Shown one piece after another: positions 1 through 15,054 of a stretch of 64,000 nucleotides of DNA. The notes under the pieces were generated by a model that ran no database searches, was not told where the DNA came from, and worked only from the letters and a program-made list of their open reading frames with translations. Position 1 is the first letter of the stretch. Every line of letters starts with the position of its first letter. The translations under genes were made by a program, and so were the position numbers. This stretch comes from the human T2T-CHM13v2.0 reference genome, Homo sapiens. The stretch lies in NCBI RefSeq assembly GCF_009914755.1, contig NC_060937.1; one strand, 5' to 3'.

Positions 1-2953
1 AAAACATTTTTCTACTAGAGTACTAGTCTTTTCTATATATATTATTTTTATGTTTGTTGACATTTTCTCTTTTTTAAAGTGTTATTTTGGAAAAAGTCTT
101 CGATGAGATATTTATTAATATCCATGATGTGACAGGCTGTATGTAGAGACCCAAGGTACGCAGTTGCAATCTTCAGTGAACTTACAGAATGTCAGTTAAT
201 GCAGACATGAAAACACCCAGTCTCAATATAAATGTGATAGGTGCTCTTTCTTAACAAGCAAAAGATGCCAGAGAGCAAAGACAAGTGTTCAACCCCTTTT
301 TTTAATGTAGTAATTTTTTCCTTTTTTTCTAAAATTACCTTTTTAGAAAGCCATTGCCCATCCAGAGAGCAATTAAATTTGTACTAACCTTTTGTTGTAG
401 ATCATCATATGTTCTTAAAACGGTGTTAATCATCTTTCATTGTATTTCACTGTGGTCTGAAATGTCACCTGTACAATTTCTGCTCTTTTGAATGTGCTGA
501 GATAGTCTATGTATTATAGTCTGGTATGTAAGTGTTCTTTAAAAAGTATTCCCCTATAAACAGGAGAGGAAAAGAGTTTCTCATTGCCAGCTCTAAAACA
601 AGAGAGAAGGAAAGGAGAGACACAGGGAATGTTTTAATCTTTGCAATAGTCATCAGAGATCAGATAACAGGATTGACTATGCTTGATATTCATTTTTTTT
701 GGTCTTAGCACGATTTTAGGATCTCTGAGAGAAAAAAAAAAGGGACGGGGGAGATCTTGTGGAGGGATATAGCGCTATTCTAGCCCCTTTTGATGGACCG
801 AGTCTGTCTTTTTTGTCATGTAAGTCTAAATAGATGACCAATTGTTTCTCTCAATCCAGCTTGATCAGTGATAGCATCAACATTTTTGCACATTTTTAAA
901 AATTTGTGTTTCTGTCTTACCATGTTGATGTGGTTAAAGTTGGATTTTTTAAAAAGCTACGTAGATTCTTTAGTAGGAGTTTGGGAGGAGCACTGGTAAG
1001 CCTTTTTATAAGATCAAACTTTGTATAACAAGCCCAAAAGCACATTATAAAAAGTAAATTAGATAATACTTTACCCCTAATTGGAATCTCATTGTCTTAA
1101 AATAAAACATAAACACCTTGTGTAGCATAGAAATTCATTTTAAAGCCCCTGGCATATTTTCAAACACATTTTAAAACTTTTTCATGAATTGCAGTCTATC
1201 CTCAAACCCAGATAATTATTTTAAGTTGCTAAAAACTCTATGTTTTCCTCATCCTTCAGTCAAATTTAACATTTATTGAACATCTACTCTGTATCAGAGA
1301 CAAGTACCATATAAGGGGCTAGTCATATACAGGTGGATAAGTCAGAGTTCTGAATGCCTACTTCCACTAATGATTGTAAATTGGCTCAGGAATCAACTCC
1401 CCTGGCAAGCCTGCACAGAGTCACCCTCAATCAGCACTTAGGCTTACCTGGATTATGGCAGTCATCACATGATACTGCAACTGCTTGTTTGCTCTCAGAG
1501 AGCTGGGACTCTGCATCTCCAGAGTCTGGAACAGTACCTGGAATATCAGAAAATGTTCCTTGACATTTAATCAAGACTGTATTTGAGAAATTAAATTACA
1601 TTCTATATCCAGATAAAAAGGAAATGATAAATATAAAGACTTTGGAGTTCATGAGAGCAACAAGATGGGATCCGAGGTACTAAAAGAAGATTTATTTACA
1701 TCATCAATAAAACAGGTAACTGGAAAATCAAAAGAAGATTAACACTGGCAATGGAAATATTAGATAAAAGATAACTGCTATTTAGACATCTGTGGCATAA
1801 TTGATAGTAAATCAAGCATACAGGACTTCAGGAAAGCTGATAAGGATAATTCTTTCAATTAAAGGAAGCTATACTTCCATATAGACTTGGACTATAAATG
1901 CAATACATAAATTGCAATGATTATCTCAATGTTCTTCATTCTTTAAAGTTAATTTATGCATTTTCTAATAAAAGAAACTAACATATGCAAGTGACATATC
2001 TCAGAGATAGTTATTTTGTAATTTTTTTGCAAAAAGTTACACAAAAGTGCACATAATTGCATAAAATATTAACCAATGCCATCCAAGTATTATATGCATT
2101 TGTGCAGTTATTATAGTCAAAATGATATAAGGGTTTATGTATGAATTCAGTAAGGTAGTTTTCTCAGTTAGGGTTATGTTTGTCATATTTGCACCTTTTT
2201 AAAAACATGGTTTCTTGAAAATCTCCAATGTCTCTGAAATCAGAATATCGCTGGGGTAAGCAGGGAAGGTATATATAATTTTTAGTGTTACAGGTGATTC
2301 TTCTGTACACTTCCTAAGATCATAGATTTAAGACTTAGGAAACAAAGCAAACTGTTGCTAACTCTTGGAACATAGCCTAGAACAACATTACTATTTAGCA
2401 CATATAGTAATAGAAAAAAAGATAAAACAAATACCTGAATAAATATTGATATCTTCTCACCACATGCAGGCAATGACATACTAAACCCCCCGAAGTGTCT
2501 TAGAGCTCCTTGTGATCCTGGTGCTGTGAAGTCAGCATGGCGGAGTTGCCTTCTGACACATCAGATTTCTAGAAAGTGTTTTTCAGGCATGAGCAACAGG
2601 GAGCAAGCATCAAAAAACACTCTTGTAGTAACAGTATTCCGGTCCATTGGAGATTCTGTCTAAAAGACTAGGACCTCCTCTTTCAAATCCTGCTCAGCCA
2701 GCAAGAGACCAATGCCCGCCCTTGGTGCTTGGCTTATTTCCCCTCTGAACTACAGGAGCATACATCACCCAGCAACGGACGAAAATGAAAGGGACAACTT
2801 CAACATGATGTCTTTAAGGAGGTGGAGATTCCTTAGATTGAATGGAAAAGCATAAAATGCAATGACGAAAGAGATGAGCTAAAAATACATGTATAAGCAA
2901 TGATATGTCAGCATCTGGACAGCTACCCTGACTTCCTTCAGATGCTCTTTGTA

Positions 2954-2962
<9 letters not shown>

Positions 2963-3001
<39 letters not shown>
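2963..3001. repeat. (TG)n microsatellite
   Basis: Uninterrupted TG dinucleotide run. Confidence 0.97.
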
Positions 3002-3002
<1 letters not shown>

Positions 3003-3020
3003 GGGGTGTGGGGGCGCGGG

Positions 3021-3525
3021 TGTACTATTTTCTGCATACTATGATGTTTTCACGTCTTAAAAATCCTTTCTAAGGAGAGACTGCCCCTCCTGCCGCTACT
3101 CAATTCTTAGAGGTAGAAGAGCCTAGCCAGGAGCACACCTTTCATTTGCAAATGAACCAATCTAGAGCCAGCCCTCCCCTATCTGGCTCTTACACTCCAA
3201 CAGGCAATATTCTTTTGCTTGAATCATCCCAGGGCCAGATACCAGGTGACTAAGGACCACCTTGTTGCTTAGAGCCTACTAACATTATTCAAACTAGCTA
3301 GTCCGAAACTGGCCACCCTGACTTACCTTGCCAGGGGAAACTCAAATAAAGGCTTGGCCTAAACTTTCCCCTTGCTTTTCTGTCTTCTGATGACCGTGGT
3401 GTTTTTTCCACATGGTCCCATTTGGTATCTCATGTCTGCTGCCTACAGGGCCTGTGAGCACAATAACGTTTGTTTCTGGAGCCTCTCCACCGCCTCCTCA
3501 TATGACCACAGCTGACCATCACACA
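3021..3525 (+). mobile_element. ERVL-type solo LTR, MER74-like
   Basis: Starts TGTACTATTTTCTGCAT; contains GAGAGACTGCCCCTCC...CAATTCTTAGAG and AATAAA, resembling MER74 from memory. Confidence 0.55.
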
Positions 3526-4485
3526 AAGGAACATGAAAAACTCCCTGTCCCCTCTCTTCAGGCACCCAAGAGTTCAGCATTAATTTCAAAAATGCAAGCA
3601 GAAGAGGCTCTGGATTCATTTGTTTTTCTACTCCCTTTTTCCACAGGGTATCGCTTTTTAGCAGGGATTCCTGGCCTTTTTGTTTGTTATCCAGAATATG
3701 ACTTTATTGGCATGAATGAAAGACAATTATTAAGTAAAGCAATTATCTTAAATATTATTAGCAAAATATAAACAAATTGTGATAGAACCTATATTTATTT
3801 TTTCAACATATGAAACAATAAAATCTATTAGTAAATGTAAGGACTACTTTGATTACAAAATAGTGATTTGTGATATATTGTGAAAAATGCAAATAACTGT
3901 GATATGAGAATATTGGATTTCTACTGGTGACAACGTCACAGAACCTCATACAGCAATTGTGGGTTTTAGCCTACAAGGTCTGCGACATGATTTCTGCCAA
4001 CACCAGTACTGGAACTCAATATGGCCTCTACCTCACATATATTTCTAGGTCCCTTTCTGCTTTTTAACAAGCAGATAAACCAGAAAGTCTCTGAATGGGC
4101 TGCAGCAGAAACAGTTAAGGTTTGTGATTGGCTGTCACATTAATGTTTGCAGTGGAAGTAGTGAGAGAAGGAGATGGGTAAATGGAACAAGTCTAGAACA
4201 TAATGGTTCTCCATATCCCCGGCATATACATTGGCAACATCACTCATAGATGAGACTCCATACCAGGCAAAAGGTGGAAAGGTCCCAGTTTAGAAACAGT
4301 CTCACCTTATTTTACACATGAAATCTAATTTCTGCCTCAGATACAGAGAATTAAAATGATTTCCCTGGCTGCTGGGATATGCCATTCTTAAGGCAAAGGA
4401 AAGATGTGTCCGTTTTATAGTGAACCTTTAGACAGGAAAAGGCCAGTTCTCCTCAACGAATATAAATGTTAGAGAAATAGAAAAT

Positions 4486-4488
<3 letters not shown>

Positions 4489-4542
<54 letters not shown>
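4489..4542. repeat. (TG)n microsatellite
   Basis: Long pure TG run; explains the HTHT ORFs. Confidence 0.97.
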
Positions 4543-4545
<3 letters not shown>

Positions 4546-4969
4546 CATATATCTCCATCCCATCCTAACAGCCAAGTCATTAAGGATACAGGAGTAGGCA
4601 ATGTCTGCAGTACCAAAGTACAATTCCAAATTTCTGAAGTACATTGAAAATAAAACACAATATGATTTATGCAGTTAAATCTTTGTAATTTGGACCACAT
4701 TTGTGGAATGAGCATTGCCTTCGAGACGTGACCTTGGCTAGTTATGCATGGGAGTAGCCATAGTAAAATCCTTCTTCGGTGAAGTAATAGTGTAACATAA
4801 TATGCACAGTCTACTGTATTTTTCAACCTACCCAAAGCAATTTTCTCTTTTCAGTAAGTTATGCTGCGCTTATTTACATACGATCATTATATTCCTTGCC
4901 AAGATAATGTAAATATGAAGAATAACTAACAGGCATTTTAATTAAAGGTTTTGTAATTTTAAGTCAATA

Positions 4970-5215
4970 CAGGCAGTATAGGTAGTGGTTGAGCGCGTGG
5001 TCTCTGGCTCATTATCTCATCTCTGCCATTTGCCAAAGATGTGAACTTGAACAAGTCACTTAAATGCTCAATGCCTTAGTTTCTTCTATTTAAAATAAGA
5101 ATGATCCCAATAGAACCTTTCTCCTGAACATGTTGTAAATATTGAATGGTTAACTGTATGATGTAGTTAAAATAATGCCTGGCATGTAGTAAGCACTATA
5201 CAAATGTCATTTATT
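4970..5215 (+). mobile_element. MIR SINE
   Basis: MIR core TGTGAACTTGAACAAGTCACTTAA...CCTTAGTTTCTTCTATTTAAAATAAG and 3' end GCCTGGCATGTAGTAAGCACT. Confidence 0.75.
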
Positions 5216-8149
5216 CATTTCCACACAGGTTACATGGTCATAAATAGAGAAATTTCTAGATTTCTTTAAAATGTGTAACTGTGCAGTGTTATCATTAGTA
5301 CCAACCAAGCTTTTCTTCTCTCTCTACAACTGATTTAGTAAAGTTGTCTTCATATTAGAAAGGTTGCCTTACATTATTTTATTAAGAAAGAAAGTTTAGA
5401 AGAAAAGAGAAGGTTTGGAGTTTCTATGGCAGGAGGGCAGCTACTTTTATATAGTTCAGTAAATCAATCTCTGCTGCTGAGCGTGAGCCTCAGAGGAGAT
5501 AAAGTTGTGGATATTTAGAAAGGAACGAAGAATGCACCGGTGAATAACACTATCCAAATTGACTGTTGTGACCGAAGAGATCAACTCATTAGATAAATAT
5601 CTTCTCTTTCCTGATATCTGTTTCTTTATATGACTATAAACTATCAATTTTAGAGATCCACTTGATACAGTAGCTGATGTGTTGCACAGTTTAAGAAGGC
5701 AGTTTTAGCCTCCAATAGGAATTCAGAAATAACTGTAATTCCCCATGGTGCCTTCAAAGAACATTCAAAATAAGGTCCAAACACGTAACACAGCAATAGT
5801 TATCAAGATTGCTTCTTACCTCCTCACCAGCTTGCCAGCTCTCAGCAATTCCATAAGCCTCAGAAAATCTCTTATGAATTTCACCCTTACGCTGTGCATT
5901 TTTCGCCCAGGCACACCACCACTTCCTTCTTGTGGCATTCTCTCAATACGTCGGCTCTTGCCAAGAAGTCTGTGTTCTCCTTCCACCATATTCTCTCCAC
6001 TCTCAGTCCTTCTGGTGCCTATTCACCTCACATAGGCCCTCCCGCTCTACCACCTACAAGGCTGAATGTTGAAGTGGAAGCCATTAGAGGGCACTGAGAT
6101 AACAAAGAATTATCTTTTGTATTATTTCCTGTAAAAGGGAGGATGTAGATTCCTGGTTTCTTAATATCTCTTCAAACTCTGAAATACTCTGTCTGTTAAT
6201 AACCAGAGAATTTTGACCTCCTAAAACACAGTGAAGATGACCCTATGTGGGCTTCTCTTCCTTTTGCTTCATTATTTCTTCAATATGCTGCGAAATCATC
6301 TTTGCTTCATCATAGGTCTGGGGGCTAGATTCCAGTCCAAGAGAGTTACATATTTTCAAATAACTATTCTGAGGTTTTATAAAAGTGAATAAAGTTATCA
6401 AGAACAGTAACACACCTTGTTTGACTTCGTCTTTTATGCCTACAAAATGGCACCATACATTAAAACCATGGCATTCATACTATGAGTTTAAAAATATCTG
6501 GTGATTGCTTTTTTTGTGTGAAAACAAAAGATTTTGCCGAATGGTAAACCATCACATTATGTACCCTAGCAGGGTAGCATAATAAAAGGGAAGCTCCAAA
6601 GCACAAGACAGTTCACTGATGACCAACTCAATAGTACTGTGTAACAGCAAGAAGAAGATAAAAGATCTCTAAATACCAAATTCCCCCACTCCAGTTTGGT
6701 GACGGGCAGGTACCAATCAATATCATTTTTCTATAGCAGTCTTAAATTCCTAAAGACCCAGCATATAGCCAGTAATAGTAGTGCAATTATTTCTTTCTGT
6801 TTCTTGCTGTATTTCATCTGTAAAGTCTATAAGATCACTTAGCTTTTTAGAATTAATATGTCCATGCAAATGTCTCACGTAAAATAAAATAGGATATCGT
6901 GATACTGAACAGTGTTTAAAAAAGAGCCCCTCTCCCCAAAAAGCTATTTTTGTGTTAATTGTTCTATCTAAGCTTTTTATCTAATAGTTTTTAAAAGAAA
7001 CATAACAGATGACTAAACATAAAAAGAGATCCAAAGGCCATTTTCTATTTCAATTTTTCACATTTTTTAATGCAGTTTTCTCTTAAATTTTAACTTGCAT
7101 GAAATATAATTTTTGTTGAAAAGGACTCAATTAATGCATTCTTTCTTTGCTTATACAAAGAAATCATGAATATATGCTAGACTAACTACACTGTTTAAAT
7201 CCAGTGCTCAATAACATATATTAGTCTGTGCTAACAAATATAGAAAAAACTAACATTTTATCAAAAGACAAAGTAAGATAGAAGATGTATTCTGGATTCC
7301 ATTTTAGTGAGTGAAAAACTTACTATTCAATCTGAAGTGGTAAATAGGATTAAGTTCTTTTATTATGATAATGTTATATTTATCACTGTGTTTAATTGAT
7401 TCTGGTGATATGGGATAGATAAGTTTTTCTCTGACATCACCATTTCATTTCAGAGTTAATTAATCTGGTGTTATTACAGTCTTGCTACATCCTAAACACT
7501 TTCATTCATTTATGCAACATATCACTTGTGGATCTAGAAATTTACCTCCAAAGAGAACAGTTTGGGGTGATCTTCATCATCATCCATTAATTACTCATCA
7601 ACGTTTCATTATTTCCAACTACTATGCACTTAATTATTTTTTTAGAAAAAGAGGAATTATGATACATCCCAGTTAAAGAGAAAAGTCTCAGATTTTTACT
7701 GTGCTATTGCCAAGTATATAGAGAGAAATAATTCAAGAATAAAACATTATTTTTTATTTTAAAAATAAAAGTGGTTGTCAGATAAAATATGCTTTAAACC
7801 TATGAGTAGACACATGCCTTCCAGTGCTAGTTGTTCAAATTGTCACTTAGTAAGTAATAATTTCCATTTCTGCAGGTAAATGGGACCCAAAGCACCCTAT
7901 TCTTCCCTGTGTCAATAGGTTTTGCATGGATCCATCTGTGAAACAAGAGATTCTAAGTAATCAGTGTCCTAGATAATGAAATTATACAATTGGAGTTTTT
8001 CTATTGCTTTATTCACTAACCTAATGAAGATTGAGGTATTAAAGAGAGTTGTCCATGTGTTTTGTGTTGATGTTTTAATGCAATATAGCTAGCCCCATTG
8101 TTATTATTTTTGTGTCTATTTTTCCTGCTTCATTTTATTTTTTGGTGTT

Positions 8150-8470
8150 TAATTAATTATTTTATAATTTCATTTTTTATTTTAAATTCAGGGGATACAT
8201 ATACAGGTTTTTTACGTGGGTATATTGTAGGACATTGAAGTTTGGGATACAAATGTTACCGTCACCCAGGTAGTGAGCAGAGTACCCAATGGGTAGTTTT
8301 TCAGTCCTTTTTCCCCTTCTTCTCTCCTCCCTCTAGCAGACCCCACTGTCTATTGTTCCCATCTTTATGGTCATGTGTACTTAAGGCTTAGCTCACATCG
8401 GCAGGTAAGAACATGTGGAATTTGTTTTTCTGTTCCTGCATTAATTTGCTTAGGATAATGGCCTCCAGCT
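8150..8470 (-). mobile_element. L1 3' end fragment (L1PB/L1MA-age)
   Basis: T-rich tail, then CACCCAGGTAGTGAGCAGAGTACCCAAT...TTGCTTAGGATAATGGCCTCCAGCT (antisense L1 3'UTR). Confidence 0.85.
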
Positions 8471-11031
8471 AACACCATTATTTTGAGGCTAATTTACTTC
8501 AGATCGAGTTGGTTTAAATCCAAATAAAAGATGTTATTCTTTCTTTATCCTAATCAGAAAATTTTAGGAAATAATCAGATAAACTTTACAATTGGCAAAT
8601 CAAAGGCAGAACTGCATTAAACACCCAGATGTAAAAGGTGTGACACCTCTTCTACTCTTCTTGTATTCACTTTTAGGCAAGAAAACAGGACTCTTCTGGA
8701 AGGTAAAAATGCACTCATTTCCCTTTTAAGACTCATAAGCCATTCTGGAGTCCACTAATACCTAAAGTATTTGTCAATTAAGCATAATTTTGTCTGAAAT
8801 AGCAAGCTTTAAAGAATACGTAAATATTTTAAAGGAAAATAGATTTTGAAGAAATCAACACATTTTTACATAAGTTTTCCAAAATGGGTTATATATTATT
8901 CCACTGAAGGAAAAAGAAACGAACATTTATTGAGTGATTATACTGCTCCAGGCACTTTCACCTTGGTTTTTTTATTTCTTTTCTTAAAGATTAGTTTTAT
9001 AAGTTCTATCTTTTTAAATAAAGGAACTGAATCTAAGTGATTAAGATCTCCGTCCAGAGTCATGCAAATAAAAACCTGCCAACCTCACTTCAAGGCCATA
9101 GTTCCTCCCCTTGGATGACGTTGTCTCACATATAGCTTTTTTTCACTGCTACAAAGTGTTGTGAGCAAGGGTTCTTAGTGCTTTGCAGTTACAATTAAAA
9201 TTAAAATAAAGAGTTAATAACTTTCAGTAAAGTTGCCCTATCTCTCAAACTAAGACCACAAGTTTTTTCCACTAAGGAAGAAACTTGGTTAGAGCACAGA
9301 GTTGTAAAATAATCATAAAAATATGTATCTACATTTTATTTCAATTAAATATGTAGAAATTTACATTCATTTGCCACACTTACAACTAAAGCAAGTGACT
9401 TTTTGTTTTTTAGAAGGGGCCTATTGATTGAAGTTTCACCTTATTTTTTGTTTTATATAAAGATGATACATTTTTCTTTCAAGTTTTTTTAAAAAGATTT
9501 TTTAAAGCAAAATGAGTCCACATTTTTACCCTTCTATTTAGAATGTGTCTCTCCTTCCTAATTTGACGTGAACTTTTTAGTGATCAACCTTTAGTAGATA
9601 TTACAATGTATTCAGTATTGTTTATGAAGTCAAATTTATTTTTGTCAACAGTCATTTTAATAATTATATAATTACAGTATAAAATACAAACTGGTGAGGA
9701 AATAACTATAACTCAACTAATGGGATCAGAGGTCTTCTTGACTTTAGAACATATTATCATTTAATCTTGATAATCTGTTAGAGGCCATGGAAAGGTGCAT
9801 GTCTCAGACCCCTAAAGGTCCTATACACTATTGAAATACTGATTTTCCAGGTAGAATTTAATAACAGTTCAGCAGGAAGATGATCCTATGCTCAGAAATT
9901 GTTGAATAGCTATCAATTTAGAAATCAGCACCTGTCATCTTCTCATGAGTAAAAATCAAAATGTTTGGAGATATACAGAACTTGATTTAAGAGAATATTG
10001 TTTCCAATATTTCAAATTACATTTTAATATCTTTAAAGCTAAATGAATCACATGAAGACAAGGAGATTGAATAGAAGAATATGGAAAATAAGCTGATGCA
10101 GTCAATTCATTACATCACAGCCCACAGGCTTTCAGGGCCCCAAGGGAGTTGAAAGTTTCAAAAGTATTGATCGTGGCCCTTGAAGAGGCTAATGGATTTT
10201 AAGTCAGTCCAGCCATTAGCAAATAAATGCAGTTGTCCTCAAACACATTTTAGCTTTTTCTTGATTTTCATGATAATCTGGCTCTAGTGTTATGGTTTGG
10301 TCTTCTGCAGTAACAGGGTAAATAACAAATCCATCAATGCTCCAGTGTGTTCTATGTCCTCACCCAGAATGTAAGAATTTATTCTTCAGTTGTATTGATG
10401 CATTTTGATCCCACCTTCCAATTCCCAATCAGAGAGGCCAAACTACAAGAGCTAAATAGCATAATGCCAAAAAATGTAAATAATAATATTAAAGAGATTA
10501 CCAAATTTGTCAAACTTATTCTATTTAATTCTGAATTTAGGTTTTTTGCTTTTTTGCTATTATTGACCTAGAGGATGATTATAATAAATATTTGATGACA
10601 CATTGAAATTCTTCATGATTGACCTTTAAGGTCTGGTATATTAGCAAAACTTTCAGGGAGTCTTTGATGCCATCTACAAAGACAGCTGGCATAGAAGTTG
10701 ATAAAGACTTGATACTTGGCTGCTTCTTGTTTGAAAGGATGAGGAAGTCTTTACCCACATCAGGTATTCACACAAAATGGACAGTTATTTCCTTAAAGGC
10801 CATGTTCCCAGTGCTAAAAATTTCCCGAGGCCAAAATTTCCCAAAGATTTGATGATACATAAAATACTTTTGGCATTGTCTGCTTCAACTTGTGCACAGA
10901 AAACCCATCATCTTTACCCTGTTCTTCAGCATTTGTAGGCAAAGGGGAATTTATCACTTTTATCACATAATTGATACTGTAATGACCCAGTTCGACACAA
11001 AATTTCACAGGCTGATAATATGATTGCTGGC

Positions 11032-11533
11032 TGTGGTGAACAGAATAATGCCTCCTCCCCAAAGATGTCCATATTCTAATCCAAGAAACCATGAATGTGT
11101 TCAGTTACATGATCAAGTGGAATTAAGGTTAAAAATGGCATGAATGCTGTGAATCAACTGATGTTAGAATGGGAGATTATCCTGGATTAATCGAATGGGC
11201 TTAATGTAACCAAAAGGGGCATTAAAAGTCAAAGAGTAAAAAGTCAGTATCATACTGATGAGATGTGTGAAATACAGGACTCTCAGATACTAGAGGAAGG
11301 GGCCCAGCAGCCAAGGAATGGGGGCAGCCTCTAGAAGCTAAAAAGACAAGAACATGGGGAATTTTCCTTTGGCGCTTCCAGGGGAAACACAGCACTGTTG
11401 GTGTTTTGATTTTAGTCCAGTGAGACTTGTGTTGGCCTCGTGACCTACAGAGCTGTAAGATCTTACATTTGTTATTGTTTTAAGCCACTAAGTTTGTGGC
11501 GATGTGGTATGGCAGCACTATAAAACTAATACA
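11032..11533 (+). mobile_element. MLT1 (MLT1D-like) MaLR solo LTR
   Basis: TGTGGTGAACAGAATAATGCC...CCCAAAGATGTCC start; GGGAGATTATCCTGGATTA; TTTAAGCCACTAAGTTTGTGG; ends AAACTAATACA. Confidence 0.85.
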
Positions 11534-11685
11534 TTGGTTTCTTGGCATTTCTTAATTCAGCCCAACTGATTTAAACGAATGATAATGAAAGAAAGAAAAA
11601 GTGTAGAAATCGAAAAAGAAATATTCAGGTTATTGGCTGAGCAATAGAGACTAACAGAATATTTAGTTTAGTTTGTTATAATATT

Positions 11686-11818
11686 GGCTGAGCACAGTGG
11701 CTCACGCTGATATCCCAGCACTCTGGCAGGCTGAGGCAGGAGAATCACTTGAGGCCAGAAGTTCGAGACCAGCCTGAGCAATATAGTGAGACTCCATCTC
11801 TAAAAAAAAGAAGAAATA
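11686..11818 (+). mobile_element. FLAM / Alu left monomer
   Basis: GGCTGAGCACAGTGGCTCACGC...GAGACTCCATCTCT plus A tail; single arm. Confidence 0.88.
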
Positions 11819-12319
11819 AATGTTCAACTTACTACTATTATTTATTACCAATGCAAATAATATTTTGCCTATTAAAATTGAAATTGGGAAAAACAGTGTG
11901 TTAACCAATCTGTTCAAAGTAATTTCAAAATACCATGAGAAAATTCTAAGTATGCCTGCTAGACAGTTCACCATACTTAGCTGAGAATGGAATATTATTT
12001 GCATAAAACTAAAAGAAAAATTTAACTATAAGTAAAAAAGACAATTAGATTTAGTATTGCTCAGCACGGGAGAATACTTTTTATTTATCCACTGTCAGTA
12101 TATGACAAAGACATTTCCAGCTTGGTTAGTTTAAAATATATTTGTGCCAACAGACTATTTAGTTTGTTATAACATTCTCATTTAGGTTTCTAAGTTTCAC
12201 AATGTCTTAACGCAACAATTTTTATTTTACTGACAACACTCCATTTGTTTTGAATAAATATATGATGATACTAATGATAACATGCATTTGTGTTCTTATG
12301 ACTGTGTGCTTATGATCAT

Positions 12320-12500
12320 ACCACTAAGGGCTGGCCCTGTACTAAGTGCTTCATACACATTAGTTCGTTTAGTCCTCATAAGAAATCAGTGAACACAATG
12401 TTATTATTAATCCCACCTTAGAACTGGGAAAATCAGTGCACAGAGAGGTTAAGTTACTTGCCCAACATCCAGCAGCAAGCAAGTGGTGGAGCCAGGAAGG
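12320..12500 (-). mobile_element. MIR SINE
   Basis: AGAGAGGTTAAGTTACTTGCCCAA...AAGTGGTGGAGCCAGGA antisense MIR core. Confidence 0.7.
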
Positions 12501-12564
12501 TATGTACTGTCTCTGCTCTCCCTCTAGGTCAGGCATATTCTATACTTTTCATAGGCATTGTTTC

Positions 12565-12892
12565 TTTTTTTTAGTTTTATTATTATTATACTTTAACTTT
12601 TAGGGTACATGTGCACAATTTGCAGGTTAGTTACATATGTATACATGTGCCATGCTGGTGTGCTGCACCCATTAACTCGTCATTTAGCATTAGGTATATC
12701 TCCTAATGCTATCCCTCCCCCCTCCCCCCACCCCACAACAGTCCCCAGAGTGTGATGTTCCCCTTCCTGTGTCCATGTGTTCTCATTGTTCAATTCCCAC
12801 CTATGAGTGAGAACATGCGGTGTTTGGTTTTTTGTCCTTGTAATAGTTTACTGAGAATGATGATTTCCAATTTCATCCATGTCCCTACAAAG
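12565..12892 (-). mobile_element. 5'-truncated L1PA (young, L1PA2-4-like) with TSD
   Basis: Antisense L1PA 3'UTR; TSD TTCATA(G/T)GCATTGTTTC at 12548-12564 and 12896-12912. Confidence 0.95.
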
Positions 12893-15054
12893 CAGTTCAT
12901 ATGCATTGTTTCAATGAATGCTCACACTGTCCTCCTGTAGGTACTATTGTTAACTCCTTTGCAAAGGAGGAAATTTAGGCTTAAAGAGGCTAAGTGACTT
13001 GCTCTAATCACTCTGTTCCACAATATTTTATTCCATCAAATAAGCCCTTGTGTTGTATGTTACATTATTTTGATGGCGTGCCGGGATCTAATTGTACTAG
13101 TTACATAGCTGGAACATAAAATGGTTCTTGAAATAGGAGCTCATAGCAACCCAATCTTTGCCTCATCTTAGAATGTCTTGTCTGTGCTAAATAAAATTGC
13201 CAGCCACTAAATATGGGTCTTGGGAATAGCAAAGGATGTCATCAAAAACACCCGAACACCTGGCTAGAATGAAAAGGGAACAGGACAGAGACATTACCTT
13301 CTCCCCTAACAAAGCAAAAGTAAATTCTGTTTTGCAAGTCTAGTGCACCAGGATTATAAATGTCAGGAAATAGAATTTCAATGCCACTGTACATCTGCTA
13401 GAAATTGGCCTTTTCCTTAAAAAAATTCTAAGACACATTAGTGTTTTAAAAATTGATTTATATTGCTTACTTTGATTATGAACTGATACAGCACGGAACT
13501 ATCAGGAGCCTGGCTCCTTTTAAAATATAAACAGTTACACTGTGTTCTTTCTTTCCTATAATCTCTTTATGGTCAAATGCAGAATATTTCAGTCTGCAAT
13601 TTCCCATTTAATTCTTGTCCTCGTTTGAGCTATTAAATTGGACTCCATTTCAGCAGCAACTGAGCTGACACTCGATCCTCTATTACCAATGACTGTGTAG
13701 AACCATCTGCTTGAATGATTTTCACCATATGTGTTTTAAAAAAGACAATGTTTTATACATGCTTGCTGTAGGTAATATTTGACAATCATAAAAGAAGAGC
13801 AAAATCAGAGTCAGCTGTAAAATTGAAAGGAAAAATTAAAATCCTATACATATATTTGAAATCCCAAGAGTTAATATCGGTGTATTTTCTATAATTTCTA
13901 AGTCAATTCAAGTACAATTTGAAGATATTAGTTTCCAAACTGAAAAGAAAAAATTCATCACAGATCATGATCTGTGGTTAACATTTTAAATAATTTAGAT
14001 TAACATTTTAAAAATTGATCAAGTCAATTATGATTTGAGATAATTTTTTATTTTCAGTTTACTGAGAGGATTGTTAAATAATTTCCTTGGCCATACAGAA
14101 TTTAGTTTGGCTTCCTCCAAAATATTTTAGTAACATAAAAATAAAGGTTATTTAATTTAAATCTTTTAGCAGATATTGTTCTGTAACTCAAATACAAATA
14201 AATTTTCTGATTTCTGGTTAAAGATTTATTTTACTTAGTTGATATAATTAACCTTCAATTAATTAATGTTATTAATATTGTGATATGTTTATATGTAAAA
14301 AATGGTGAGATCAAGTCCAAAAAAGTGGATATGGAGGAAAATCCATATACAACCAACACAGCAGAACCTACCAAATATTCAAAAGAAAGGGTGTCTGAAT
14401 TGAAATTTAACTACAATTATACCTATTAGTATTATTTTTATAATTTACATCTATTTTTATGGCACCTTTACATTGCTAGAGTTGATCCTCACAACAGCCA
14501 CATAAAATGCTGAGTTCAAATATCATCTTAATTTTACCAATATGGAAGCTGAAGCTCTGTGCAATAAACAAATTGCCAAAAGCCACATAGCTGGCGAGTG
14601 ACTGCTCAATGTTTTTCTCCTCCTTCTTTTGATTCCAAGTTCCAGACCCTTCTCACCAAGACTTACCACCATCTCTTTTGACTCTTATGTCTAACATAGT
14701 TGGGGAGACATCCTTAGCATTAAATATTCTCTTGGGGAAATATACAATCAGTTGTTGCATACATAATTTGAGAGGGGGCTAGTTTTGTCCATTTCTGAAA
14801 ATTTGGGAGGAGCATACAAACAGCTGAGGCAAGGATTCTGAGAATAATTAGACTCATATCTCACATGTCATAAATTGTTGCCACATATATGGTTCCAGTT
14901 CTATTCTCACCATAATCCTGAAGTATAGAGAGACAGCAACTCTGTGCATTTCATAACAGAGCAAGTTGAGGCTTACGACTTGGGGTTAAATGACTTGAAC
15001 AGGATGACACAAGCAGTAAGTGAAAGAAGGAGCCAGGCCATGCGCCATGGTGTA

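Noticed and set aside
5456-5647. CpG-retaining block / minus-strand ORF as a terminal exon
   Set aside because: No polypyrimidine tract before the AG and no recognisable protein similarity.
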